Part shown: positions 62,984 through 64,000 of the stretch, piece after piece | How the letters are laid out: each line of letters starts with the position of its first letter | Position numbering within the stretch: the first letter of the stretch is position 1 | DNA from: Torpedo marmorata | Taxonomy: Eukaryota | Direction of reading: 5' to 3' | DNA length: 64,000 bases | NCBI GenBank assembly: GCA_977017645.1 | Contig: OZ360221.1 | Span: forward strand, 135,532,001-135,596,000 | Notes under the pieces: generated by a model | Databases searched by the model: none | Told to the model about the DNA's origin: nothing | The model's input: only the letters and a program-made list of their open reading frames with translations | Made by a program: the position numbers and the translations under genes

Positions 62984-63234
62984 TTAATATTCATCTATGC
63001 TATTCGCCACAGCTGACATTGTCGGACTGGAATCCTGGGAAGAGGTGGTTATGGCGACCATCCTGGGAGAGACTAGAACTTCTGCCACAGATGCCTCCAT
63101 GTCTGGTGATATATTCCCAACAGTTTGAACAACTGCAGCACCTTTCTTGTTCTGATGGGTTTTGACATGTTTTGAAAGATGATCACTCCTCATAAACCGC
63201 TTTGAACACTCTGGGCAGGAGAACTTCTTTTCAC
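62984..63234 (-). CDS. SP4: Transcription factor Sp4, last coding exon (third C2H2 finger and C-terminus)
   Basis: Acceptor TTGTAG| then [53 protein letters not shown], matching recalled human SP4 (SVTEVLGSPRIV..SQDSNP..MEEF). SP4 precedes DNAH11 on the same strand in human. Confidence 0.93.
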
Positions 63235-63706
63235 CTACAAGACAATGAGAATAAATTAACTGAGAATATACCATGATCTATTATCCTACTCGGGGGCTGG
63301 GGAGCTGGAAGAATGGTGGAATGCAAGGTTGGAAGCATTCCCATTGCAATGATATAGACTTGTTCATGTTTCATTCTTTGGATCCAGAGGAGCATTTGGG
63401 TTGCTATTTTCACTTCGCAAATTTCCATGAAGAAGCACTGTCCTTTGCAAAGTGCAACACAGAGGCCTTGAGCGCAGGATGAAATATGCAGCAAGTATAG
63501 CTTCCTTCAGGCAAAATTGTGCACGATATTCCAAGGAGATTGCACAGCCACAAAAACAAATAAGGGACAAAGGATGAAAATACTAGAGGATTCCTAAAGC
63601 CTATTTAAATGGAAGTTTTGTACAAGACAGATATCAAATTACATCATTGTGGATATTTTCAGTGTACCAAAAATACAAAACAGTATAATGACTTGTATGC
63701 AAATAC

Positions 63707-63843
63707 TTTGATGAAGGGCTCAAGCCTGAAACGTCGGTTATGTATTTCTACCTTTGCTACATAAAAGACACTGACCTGCTGAGTTCTCCAGCTTTTGTGT
63801 TTTTTACTTCAACCACGGTGTCTACAGATTTTCGTGTTTACTT
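63707..63843 (+). mobile_element. Short (~137 bp) non-autonomous retroelement with a hammerhead-like 5' end, in the SP4 last intron
   Basis: Flanked by a 14-bp direct repeat TTGTATGCAAATAC (63693-63706, 63844-63857). Nearly identical to the arm at 18847-18957. Confidence 0.85.
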
Positions 63844-64000
63844 TTGTATGCAAATACAGTGTCCTCCATAATGTTTAGGACAAAGTCACTTTTTTCCTTT
63901 ATTTGCCCCTGTGCTCCACAGTTTTAAATGTTTTTTTTAAATATTTTATTTTCATTTTTAACAATAAAACAAAATACTTCAAAAACAGATATCACATTAT

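Noticed and set aside
63235-63274. N-terminal extension of the SP4 ORF ([13 protein letters not shown])
   Set aside because: Intronic sequence upstream of the AG acceptor at 63236-63235.

Overview
Vertebrate genomic DNA, most likely a cartilaginous fish (inferred from V-SINEs, CR1, Rex1/Babar-type and Penelope repeats plus SP4-DNAH11 synteny). The window is mostly transposable elements. Host genes lie on the minus strand: the last coding exon and probable 3' UTR of SP4 at the right end, then the first two exons of DNAH11 (axonemal 'left-right' dynein). The DNAH11 exons look inactivated: exon 2 is 1 nt short and its donor is GT>AT, and exon 1 has inferred frameshifts. Between the genes sits an 11.9-kb BEL/Pao LTR element. 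Its gag-protease ORF runs in frame into a coiled-coil segment resembling host MIPOL1, where RT/RNase H/integrase should be, and it hosts a full-length intact L1 with a 15-bp TSD. Also present are a decayed Gmr1-type Gypsy element, a solo LTR, hAT and Tc1/mariner MITEs (one with CpG-island-like cargo), many Rex1-like, L1, CR1 and Penelope fragments, and a short family carrying a hammerhead-ribozyme-like motif found as monomer, tandem dimer and fold-back palindrome. Protein identifications rest on motifs recalled from memory, not on database searches. Boundaries of degenerate repeats are approximate.
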